Below, piece by piece: positions 12,841 through 24,300 of a DNA stretch of 64,000 nucleotides; within the stretch, counting starts at the first letter, position 1; each line of letters starts with the position of its first letter. Made by a program: the position numbers and the translations under genes. Origin of the DNA: Balanoglossus misakiensis (Eukaryota > Animalia > Hemichordata); assembly GCA_040954595.2 (NCBI GenBank), contig CM082596.2:2842656-2906655 (forward strand), read 5' to 3'. A model generated the notes under the pieces. It searched no databases. It saw only the letters and a program-made list of their open reading frames with translations, and had not been told where the DNA came from.

Positions 12841-13194
12841 AGTCATGAGTTTATTATTAGTACATGTACATTGTATACCTTGTTGCACACCTGATCGAGT
12901 TAAAAGCAAACGCAAGTCAGCCAACAGAAGGTGTTTGGCAACTTTCCAAGTGCCCGAATTTCTCATTGCCCCTGTATGCAGTAACATTTCGATACTTGTT
13001 CTTCACTTCAGGTTCACCTTCAAGAAATACACATGAAATTCACCAAGTACATCTGGAAATCAGGCAACCCACACCGTCGCCGATCAGTACACTGGTATAA
13101 CTAGGTCACCTAGGTAACCGTTGACCTGAGTATTACACAACCAATAGAAACTGAAACATTGTAGTCACTTGATAAGAATAGCAGGTCATACGTC

Positions 13195-16075
13195 ATGGGA
13201 AACGAACACATTTCGCGCACCCCTGCCAATGTAAAGATAGCTGCCCTGACAGTAGGTGTAGCATGCTGTCTGGCGTATGTTGTTTTCAAACTGGCACCCG
13301 ACATCATGGCGTACTATCGTAGAGATTATAGGAAGAGGTCTCCAAAAGGCGGCTCGGAGGTTGCAGGGATGCGAGATGAGCCATGCCCAGGCAAAGCAGA
13401 GAGGAAAGGGGTTGTGAGTGAAAGTCAGGTTGATGGGCAGAGACAACCAGAACAGCACAGAGAGCAAAGAGAACACACACAAAGTCAACCACCTGCTTTG
13501 GCAGCTGAGAGAGAGACCATAGTCAGAGATCCGACTCTAGAGTATCCATTCTTGACAGACCCCGAAACCATCAAGTACATTGGAGCGTCGAAAGTCATGT
13601 TCATTATGCGCGGGCTTCCTGGCAGTGGCAAATCAGTCGTGGCAGAAGTCATCCGAGAGACGTACGACAATTCTGTTATATGCTGTGCAGATGATTTCAG
13701 AATGGTCAACGGAAAGTACGTCTTTATACCGGAGAAGTTGAAAGATGACCACGCCAAGTGCCACGCACGAGCGAAGGAGTCGTGCGAGAAGGGCATCAAC
13801 GTGGTCGTCATTGACAACACAAATGTGCGTGCTTGGGAGATGCAGTACTACTTAGACCTGGCAAGGAAGACCAACTACACAGTGGTATTGGTTGAACCGA
13901 AAACACCTTGGAAATGCAACCCGTATGAACTAGCACAGAAGAACAAACACGGTGTTCAGTTTTCTGTGTTGCAGAAGAAAGTGGAGTCCTTCGAGACGAT
14001 GATACCATACTTCTTTGGTTGGTTTCTAAACGACAACAACTCCAGGAAGATCCGCCTGGTAGGCAACAGAGTGTACAGGGAACTGCAACAGAAAGCTGAT
14101 TTTGTTGAAGCATTCAAGACCTGTGTTCTGGGAGGTAAGTATTGTCATCACATGCAGGTGTTTTCATCTGTCTATAATCCCCAACAGGGTTTGACCTAAT
14201 ACAGTAGTACAGTGTGATTTTCTTAAAACATACAAGGACACAAAACAAAGAATTTGTTCACATTGGCCTTATACTAAGTCATATCATAATTTCACCTACA
14301 TAGTAACGCATGTTTACTATCAATAATATCAGCGCGCAAGGTCACACACCGTGTAAATATTTCTATACTCTGACAGGTGTCTAAGTAGGCTGACATTAAA
14401 GCCCCAGTATTTCTCGTGTGCATCCATTTTTCATCATCGAAAAAAGCCCGTTTTTCCAGTACATCCATCATGGAATACTATATAATGAAGATGTAAGAAA
14501 GGTTTGGGCAATTGTAGCTACATGCAAGCCGAAAATATCGCCCGTAACACTTGAAATGATGCGCGGGTTTGTTTACAACGGAAATGTTGTACATGTCGAT
14601 CAGCAAACGTGCCACTTTGACATTTTGATGGTCAGACCATTTTCGGATTTGATCTGGTTCCATCGACTGATTTCTCCCATAAAGTTATCTTCCCAAAATT
14701 TCGCCGAATTAGTGCACATTTCTTCGCTGAGTCGCTTGATTTGGGGCGACCAAACCTCTTCCGCATAGATTCACATTTGAGTGCGCATGCGCACTAGTCA
14801 CGTGTGTCAACATTAGCCTGACTCACGTGACTTTCTGTCCGGACAGAAAGTCATTCTTCACTCGTTATATTGTAAATTGTATGAGTTTATCAGCAGAGCT
14901 GGGGATGATGACTGTTCGATTCAGTATCAATTATCATCTACTTTTAGAAATTATAGATGCCGTTTCAAACAAAATTTTGCCCCTACGAGAAATACTGTGG
15001 CTTTAAAGGTCAAAAGGTGTCAACTATTTTTCGCATAAGTAGTTCCTTATTCTGTAAATATTGGCTCATATACAATAACAGACCCAGCAGATGAGCATAT
15101 CAACAGCTTATTACCATCTAAAGGCATCTACCCTTTAACACTAAATTGTGAATTTGTAAATTATCAACTATCACACACAAAAGCAGATAGTATGCTGTAT
15201 GTTAAAAAATAGGCCATCTGTGACACAGACCCACACAAGTCTGGGCGAGATGGCTCAAGTCTTCGTCTGGCCTAAGGTTGGACCAGGTTCCTCCAAGCTA
15301 TGCCTAAGACTCACCTGCCAAGTACTGACATCTTTGTGACTTTTTTTGTTTATTTGCTTATTTTATAGATCCTGATGCACGCTTGAATTTCAACACTTTC
15401 TACAGTGCAGACACGTTTTCAGTTGGGCCTCATATGCTTCACTGTACAGCAAAGTTTTGTGGTCGAGGGAAAGTTCCCAATTCCTACCGCTATCTTAAGA
15501 ACTCGGATGTCCAGGCATCCCTTGGAGAGACATTCACCACGCATATCATCGGGTTCTTCTTCACGGCACGGACGTTCGGCACGAGACTGCGACTGACCCC
15601 GCAGCAGGTCAAGTTGTGGGGCCAGGAAGACGAGAAACACCATGTGGTGGCGACGGAAGCCAGGATCAATCAGTGCATGAGCGCCGGCAGTGGTAGGCGC
15701 GGTGCCGGACCCATTCCCGCCTACGAGTTGCGAGGGACAGGGTTTGATGGACCTGTGATGACCTGGGAGAAGAGAGGAGGTCACCTGCCGAAGAAGATGT
15801 GCGATAACACAAACCGGTTCCAGCCGACGTCGGGAATCGGCAGCCGTTCCCATTTAACCATCGGATGCGCGAGGGGCGTTAAAGCCGTCCAGACCGGAAT
15901 AGACCTTGTGGACATCATCCAAATGGAACAGGAAGCCGAGGAATTGCGAGAGGCAAATGTTACCATGTCACTGCAGCTCAAGGATGGGCAGCTGCGTTGC
16001 TATGACAACAAGGCATGGGTGGTGTACTTGAACGAACCAATCATTGTGGGCTCCCTGTTTTCAGGATTTTATTGA
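13195..16075 (+). CDS. CNP: 2',3'-cyclic-nucleotide 3'-phosphodiesterase (CNPase family: PNK-like P-loop domain plus 2H phosphodiesterase) with N-terminal hydrophobic anchor, about 548 aa
   Basis: Exons 13195-14134 and 15369-16075 (phase 1, GT-AG). Motifs: IMRGLPGSGKS P-loop, IDNTN, LVEPKTPW, PYFFGWFL, 2H motifs LHCTAKFC and SRSHLTIGCA, VQTGIDL, LFSGFY*. These resemble vertebrate CNP motifs. Confidence 0.9.
14400..15002. mobile_element. Non-autonomous DNA transposon (MITE), Kolobok-like, in the CNP intron
   Basis: TTAA on both sides (14396-14399 and 15003-15006). 18-bp terminal inverted repeats AGCCCCAGTATTTCTCGT / AGCCACAGTATTTCTCGT (17/18). 5'-AG...CT-3' termini with a TTAA TSD are typical of Kolobok. 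No transposase ORF. Confidence 0.75.
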
Positions 16076-18331
16076 ACTGAGATACACTGGAAAAAACTTG
16101 TGTGTCCTGGTATGACGTACTGAGCGTGCAATGCAATCTTCATCTATTGACAGTATTCTCAGTTATGTGTGAGAAGACAGACATGGCCAAGACGTAAAAT
16201 AACATCCATCATATTGACTTTCACTAACAGAATCATTTTCAATGAAATATATATTTGTATCACAGATTAAGATAATGCCAAATCAGAGAGTCTGAAATAT
16301 CATCAGATGCAGGTGATGCCTATACCTGATACATGGGCTATCTTGTAATATACCAAAAAGAAAATTTGCTTGTTCAGTACAGGCAGTAATCTACTGACAA
16401 TGATTTATCCAAATTCCAATCATATTTTTCTAAGTGATTAGAATGTTGCTCACATCTTGAGTTTTTTATTGGGTTTGTTGAATGTTTTTGTCTTTTTTTT
16501 AAACTTTGAATTCATATTAAATGTAGCACTTGGTCTTCATAATAAAAACTATTTTTATGGATATAGTAGATAACATATTCCCCCTGTGTGCATTTTGACG
16601 GTGCATGGTTTTTCATCACCAGGCCCAACTCTTCCCTCTGAAGGATTCTGATTTAATGCTGCAATGAGTAGATGATCGCCTCAAGATATTATAAATTTCT
16701 GTCTCTCTCTTGAAAAGTCATCGCCGGCATTTGCCAATAACCAGTTAAAAATTAGTTCTGAAGAGGGACTCCTTGTGCAATTCAATGATAACCTTTTGAT
16801 GACCTGTCATTAATAATAGAAGATTCTGTTCAATCGGGTCTGTTGCCCTAGCAACCGTCCAGGGAGGCTTTTGCCCTCCATATGGTGCCATTAGTTTACA
16901 GTATGTCTGGTTCCTTGATACAAAGTGTTTGTTTTTGCACATTTTATGTCACGGAAAGCATATGCTTAGTTCGTGCTTTTGGTACATTCACTGAAATTTA
17001 TGGGTGTGCTTGTACTTCTCAGCTGTTGTTTATTGTTAAATATTAAAAGGCCACTCATACGAGAAATATGTTGCTTTATACGCAGTATGAGGTGTGTAGA
17101 AAATCATGCCAGAAATCCTAGATATAAATCATTTTATTGCAAAGATTTACAAAAAAACATTCAAAATCTAAACACAAGTATATACAATTCATTAAATTGT
17201 GACATTTTCAAAATATTTCAGTTTGATTTCAATCACATCAACATTGCATAGCACAAGTTAAGAATTTTGTACAATCTGTCTGATTTTGTATTTTAGGTAC
17301 AGTAAGCCATCCAATAAAATCATGTATAATTCTGGATTATTATTCTCGGGGGAAAATTCTGGTCTCAACACTCATTTGTCAAACACAAATTTAACACAAA
17401 TGTAAAACAGCCTTTATGACTTGGAGTATCCTTGAAGAATAGTGTTTCATCACATGCAACAAAATGACAACCTAAATTTGGCATACAGTTTTATAACACA
17501 CTCCGTCTTTTGCATAAACTAAAATTAATTTGAAACATCCTGTTTTGAATATTTGAATGAAAAATCATGCTATAAACTCTTTTCAAACGACTTTTTTTGA
17601 AAAATAAACACTTTTTTTCAGAAACAACACTACTGTAAATATCTGAGATTGCTGTGACAGTTTGGGTGACAACCAAAAACTGAAGACAATGAATTGGTAC
17701 GCAAAAAACTACACTTTTACTTCAAAAGGACATAAAAGAACAAGTCTCATTGGCTTGTTTTAAATCAAATGGATGATTATAATCCAATCAGAAGTGCTGA
17801 CCTTCCAGTGCTTTAGGTTACTTCAACTAGTGCTGAGATTTGTGTGATTTTCGTGACATTAAAGATTAATACTGTAGATTCATACTATCTCAAAACCAAA
17901 ACAAACAAACAAATAGAAAGTGGAGAGACCTCTCTGTGACACATGGAATCTTATTGGCCGATACAATTAGGTGTATAAGACCATATTTGTATTGAGGTTT
18001 TCTGTACAAACACCCTAGGTCTACAGAGAATACACACAATAACTGGTTGCAGAAAAGAATTACTTTGAAAACAACATAAATAAATTTCTAAACACACGGC
18101 TCTATTTAATTAAAACATATTAATATGATGTGCTCTTTTTCAATAAAACTCAAAACAACTCGCAATGTATTCTTGGTTCGTGATAAGTAAGTACTTGCAG
18201 TCCCGTAACACGCATGCTAATACAGAGCAAAACTCGCTCATTGCACATTTCTGAAAACTGAATATTTCAAGCAATAAAACCATTTTATAAATTGTCAGAC
18301 TGGTGCTGAATGTCGCCCTCTGCAGGTGGGA

Positions 18332-21300
18332 CTAGCCATGGTAGTAGGCGTCGTACCATAACTCGCCCGACTTCCTCAGAGATCTGTAACAGGAAATTTC
18401 AGGAAATATTAGAACCAGCTCTCACTGGTTACGAGAGTTCATATCTCGAAAGACATGTGTTGAAAAATGCACTTTTTAAAGACCGAAACTAGATTTCACT
18501 TCCTGACAAAGGATTAATAATTAAGCCAGCGTTGTATCAATGTGAATCATAATTGACCAGAATGTGTTACAGCAATAAAACATACATTAGATATAAACTT
18601 AAATATATGACCTATATTCTCACCTCACAACATCCACCATGGCCGTCAGAAGCTTCTTGGATTCATAAGTGATCCCGTGCTTCTTGCATAATGACCTGAC
18701 CAACGGTGCTATCTTGTGATAGTTGTGTCTTGGCATGGTCGGAAACAAACTAAAAAAAATAAATGTTTCGTCAAAGATGTAAATAAAGCCCACTGACAGA
18801 GACATGCTATCGCACTTGAAAAATCTATAGATGTGGTGCTATTTTTCCATTGAATATTGGACGGTATTTATGTTGTAAGTGACTTTATTCCAGAATGAGC
18901 TGGTGTGAAAGTTCAAAGGATCACACTCACTGATGCTCGATTTGAAAGTTCAGGTGCCCAGTGAACCAATCGTTGAAAAATGATTGGTCCACATTACAGG
19001 TGGCCTGGAGTTGTAGTGGCAACCAGTGTTTGTGTTGTTCAGTGTTGATATCCATGGGTATGTGGTTCATCTGGGTGACCCATACAAACCAATGACTTTC
19101 CAAAAATCTGAAAAATGTACAATAAAACAAAAACCACATATAGTTCATTTTGACTGACTTGTACAGATCTTATTAGGGTCATAGATGTATCCATGTACCA
19201 TCTTTTGGTGTCCAAGGCAGCAGTGGATTTCATTGGAGTATTGAAAGATAACTTCATGATTTGATAAATTAACTCACCTCACAAACATGTACAATCCAAA
19301 CGTACCCCAGCCTCCTAACAGCGGTGTGTACATCATAAACAGCCGGGTGAAATAAAACACAGTCCATGTCAGGTCCTGCCAACAAAGCGTTGATGATAAA
19401 ATCTTTTCAAATTTTTTTGGTGTTGAAAATTGCGAACTTTGTTTCCACAGTCATGTACTGGTAAAAAATACCAAAGGTTGGCTGAGACTTAAATACCAGT
19501 ACTCTTCGCTCTAGGTACTGTCAAGAGACCAATTGCTCTGGGTATAATTGGCTCGAAAACGACAGCGTCTCGTCACACAACCTGAACAGTCTACCATCAT
19601 GATAATTGTGAAAGGCACACTTGTATATACTTACAGCCCATTTCCTCCATTTAAAGACCACTATCAGATTCTCGATGTGGAAATCAATTGGAAGCAGAAG
19701 AGGGGGTCCAACTGTAACGAGAAAAAAGAATATCTATGTAATGGCCCTCGCTTGCTATTTTTAGTATAAAGTACATCAAACGATGATATTGTGTAGTTAT
19801 AGTTGATTTGTGAAATTGTGCAGAGAACTTACGAAGGAAAAAATAGTCCTGTTGCCAATTGTATGGCATGAAGCCTTTTTTCTGTTTGCCCCACTTGACT
19901 GGCATCTTGTCACCAAACAGAAAGAGGTACGGAACAGAAATATCCGGATCCTTGGATACAATGTTGGGTTTGGCGTGATGTTGGAAATGACGGAAATTCC
20001 ACCATGAAGCAGAGGCAGCCTGTGAAGGAAGGAATTGCGATTTGATGAATGTTGTTTGTTCAATATAGTCTGAGAATTCTAGAATTGATTAGGTTGATCA
20101 AAGTGGAATCATGTGACCTCTTACTATTCCAACTTTGCAAATGCACGGTGATTTTTCATTTCTACAATCAACATATCTAGGGGTGATAGGATTCAGTTGC
20201 TAAGGAACATCACTTCACTTTGAAAATGTTCAACAGCCCCACCATCGGTCTCACATGAATTTCTTTCGTCTATGCAGGCTGTACACGTTATGTACATTGT
20301 TGATTACCTTTATTCCACCAATGACAAGTTTATGCACCCAATGGTTGATCTTGGATGTTTTGAAAACTGACAGGTGTCCCAAATCATGCTGCAGCCAACC
20401 AGCTTGGGCCTACAAGACACAAAAACAAGCAAACAGTTTCACTACTTCTAGCCTGTGTGGCAAGAATTGGCCGATAAACACAAACTGGTTCAAGCACTTA
20501 AGTTGATTGAACTGGTGTGCATTACAATGGTTAACCCCTTTAACCACAATGGTTTGATCCAGTTCCATGTAACTTGATGCAATGGCAGACCTCTCAAAAG
20601 AGGAACATGGAATAATAGTGACAGAATGGATTAGAATAGAATAGAATGTAGACACTGGTTAGTTAAAGCAGAATAAAAAGAATACAACAGAGTAGGAGAG
20701 AAAAGAATTTGAATCAGGAAATGAAAAGAACATTAAATATTGATTCTACAGCAGCATATAAGGAAAGTATAGTTATGTTAGGCATAATAAAATATAGAAG
20801 TTAAAATTGAGTATTCATTGCTAGTTATTACTAAGCCCCTTTTAATCAAATATGATGGATGTCATAAAAACAGTGGTGCATTATTAAATTTCATGATACT
20901 GTATGCAAGCGATTACCAGGTATATCCTTTTTAATTCATTTATTCTTTATTTTTAATGATGAGGAAAGCGAAAGAATGCCTGCTTGTTATATAGTGTCAC
21001 ATTTGCGAGTTCTTACCATTTTCATTCCGTGCAGAAAAGACAAAGGCAGAGTTTGGAGAGCATCTGTGAAAGTATGTGGAGATGAAAGAAGCAGAAAGAT
21101 TAGAAATAGCAGTCATAGTCAATTGTATACAGTCAATGCCATAAGGTGATCGTGGCCCTTTAAAATGTTTTTTAACTATACCTGCATGATTGTCAGAAGA
21201 CCCGAAGTGACCAACAGAGAAAGCCATCCCGTCCCAAAATACCACAGATTAATCCAGGCTAGAACTTCTAATAAGATAATGTGGCCCAGGTGGGCAGCAA

Positions 21301-24300
21301 AGAACCAGAGATTGGCCTCAAATAAGCGCATCTTCTCAGCTGTCTTGCGAAGTTCACGAAAGTCAGAAACGATATCTGGCTGTAGAAAAAAACAGAAGAC
21401 ACTACGTAAATCTGTAATCTGTAAAACCACATCCATGTTCATTCAAAACATCTAGACCATTTCAAATTTTATGGGCGATCGTGAAAAACTAAGTACATCT
21501 TGATTGAGACACTGTTTAACTCACCTTTTTTTGATCATCTCTGGAAATATCGCCTAGATACAACGGCTTCAAGAACTTGCTGACAAAATTCTTGTCCGGA
21601 TGAAACGCGGTGAATGGATCCTGCAAATAGAAAACGGAGCAGAGGAATTAAAATTTATCGTTTTTTCACTCAAGTTGTATATGGCAATAATTTGGCTCCA
21701 TTTTAATGCAATTAACCTGACTGCGACCAGCGATGTGTTAAAAATTACAAGTAGTTCACAGGAAATTGACTTGTATGCTATTTTAGATAAGTTCATTACA
21801 GCCGCTTTTCAACAGCCATAAAATCACTCCTTTGACAAAATAATTTGCAGGTCTTGTAGTGCTAAGTAACAGACACGGCTACAATGAACACAGCGCTAAC
21901 AGATTTTACAAGCTGAAATGTACAAGTGGCAAAAAAATTCTCAGGCACTATACTCAGTATTAAATTCAGAACATTCATCTCAATGTTATAAATTTCGCTC
22001 TCTTCCAGTTGTCAAATATTCTTCGGGTCAGTAGCGTGTCACATTAGTTCAGATAACCTGAAATTTGAAGCAGTCTAATGATATTACTCTTCACATAAAA
22101 GGATATATACCCTTACATACATACAAAATTGAATTCTGGACTGACAAGCTGATTTTTTTCTACTTTAAACATTCCTGTGAAAATTCTTTTCACTAATGGT
22201 GCATGAATCCCTGGTTAGTCATTACTGGATTGAATTTCTTGTTTTTATACAATTTTTTGTGTGAAAATTCACGTTTATGAAAGTCATGTCTCAATTCTTT
22301 CTCTGAACTCCTTCAGCCTATTCGGTGAAAGCGCTTGCAAGTGCCTTCTTTTGCGCAAAAACATTATCCGATGAGCGCGTTTGAAGTTTGTATATGCCGC
22401 ACGACTCAAGCAAATTATTTTCGTGGCAGTGAGGCTGAAGAAAGGTTTAGGTTTTTACAGAGGCACTGGGGGTTACATTAAAAAAAAGCCACAGTTCCTG
22501 TTCAAGAATTTCCCGCTGGGATGAGAAAAAATACTGTGTTGCGATCATGTATTCCGTGCACACAGCCATTTTGTAGGCTCCAATCTCCCAGTCAATTTGA
22601 CTCAAGGCCTGCGACATCCATCAACCCAGACACAAATATTAGTTTGACAGGCAATTTTCTTTTCCCCTTCATGTCAAAAAATTAGCCAAATTTACCAATG
22701 AAACTTACTCACTGCTAATTTGAGTAAGAAATAATTTATGACAACGCACATATATGCATTCGATCGGCTTTGAGTGCATTTTCTAGACAATTGTATAAAA
22801 GAGATACATTCTTATTTTTTTATTTTCAAGCCCTCGAGATAAGTATGCTGGTCACATTTCAGAAAAACCAATACACTGAGATTGCACGTAGTATCGCATA
22901 TGCATGGAAAAATAAATTATTCACAATCCTATACCCAGTGGGTATAAAAATCTCACAACTTTTGAGACAATGTTTGTCTTGTGAAACAGTATATGTTTTT
23001 CTCATCCGTCCTTTTGATTTGTGATCTTCACTTTCAGTCACTTCCCAGCTAAGCTCACTACATCTGCTATTTTTGTAGATAGATTTTTTTTGCACCCATC
23101 CCAAATTAAACGCTTCCCCATCTGTCAGCAACAGTCGGGACGACAGATATAGCCGCTCAGCTCGTGTCATGCAGACCTAGAAATGAAACTTTGCTGGCAC
23201 CAGAGGCATACTCCAGCCTCAGCTGGTTACCTAGCAACACAAAGTACCCTGGACAACTTCATAAGGTTGAGATGGCAGGGTTCTGACCTTTGACACGGCG
23301 AAAAACATTGCCGAGACATGTTTATGGAGGTTCTTTTAGAATACGGTGGCCGACAGTCATGCCATTACATGGTTGTGGGTTATCGCTGATGATCAATCAT
23401 TAAATCAATATCAAATGCTTATGTGTTCTTGTTACAAGGAATGTCCGTCCGCCCCTACTTAATGTGCATGTGTACAGAATCATACGGAAATGGATAAAAC
23501 CAGGGAACGCATAAGAAATGTACAACTAAAACAGATCAACCAGCAACATTATCCTGAATATCAATCAGTTTAAAATTATCAGTCCTGAAATCATTGTGTA
23601 TAGACTTTTGTGGGCAACTGTCTAGCAAAGTCACTATCACGACTGCAGATAAATTTTCATAAAACCTATCTGTATCAACACCCATGGGCAATATGACTGC
23701 TTCAGCTGTTTAGCCGAGTTCACACCTGCAAGACTTGATCAGCAGATAAGTCCGTATAAGTCAGCATTTAATCCGGCATAGCAGCCGCAAGGCCATAAAT
23801 TCACGGAACAAGGAAATTCATGCTTGGAAGCACTGTGTTTCACACTTATCCATTGCAACAGGGAAAAAAGATAAGCATAAATTCCTGTGAAAAGAAATGT
23901 TACGACCATATTTATGAGGATGCTGACTTTATTACATTTCGATTACCCGGGATCTTTAGGTTAGTTTTACATAATTCGACCCGGCAGACTACAAAATTTG
24001 CCAGGATATATGCTTTCCATGTTTGATGTAGTGCATCTCATAAAAATTCTGATCTATTCATTATCAGTGGAGTGAGGACAAATAATCATTCACAGGTTTG
24101 GTTCTGACTCTGACAAAGCACTCTTACCAATTTCAATTTTGATGTTGGTAGTCGATCAGTCTAATACCTGACTGCATTTCTAACTTACAAAAGGATGTGG
24201 GATTATACAGCTGAGAATTCAAACCAAGATATCCTACACTTGAAACTGGAGGATTCAGAATAATTAATTTTCAAGCACAAAACATGGAGCTACACAAATT

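Noticed and set aside
16073-16123. Stop-codon readthrough of CNP to restore a prenylation tail
   Set aside because: The extension TEIHWKKLVCPGMTY* is not a CaaX motif, and the TGA-A context is not a leaky stop.
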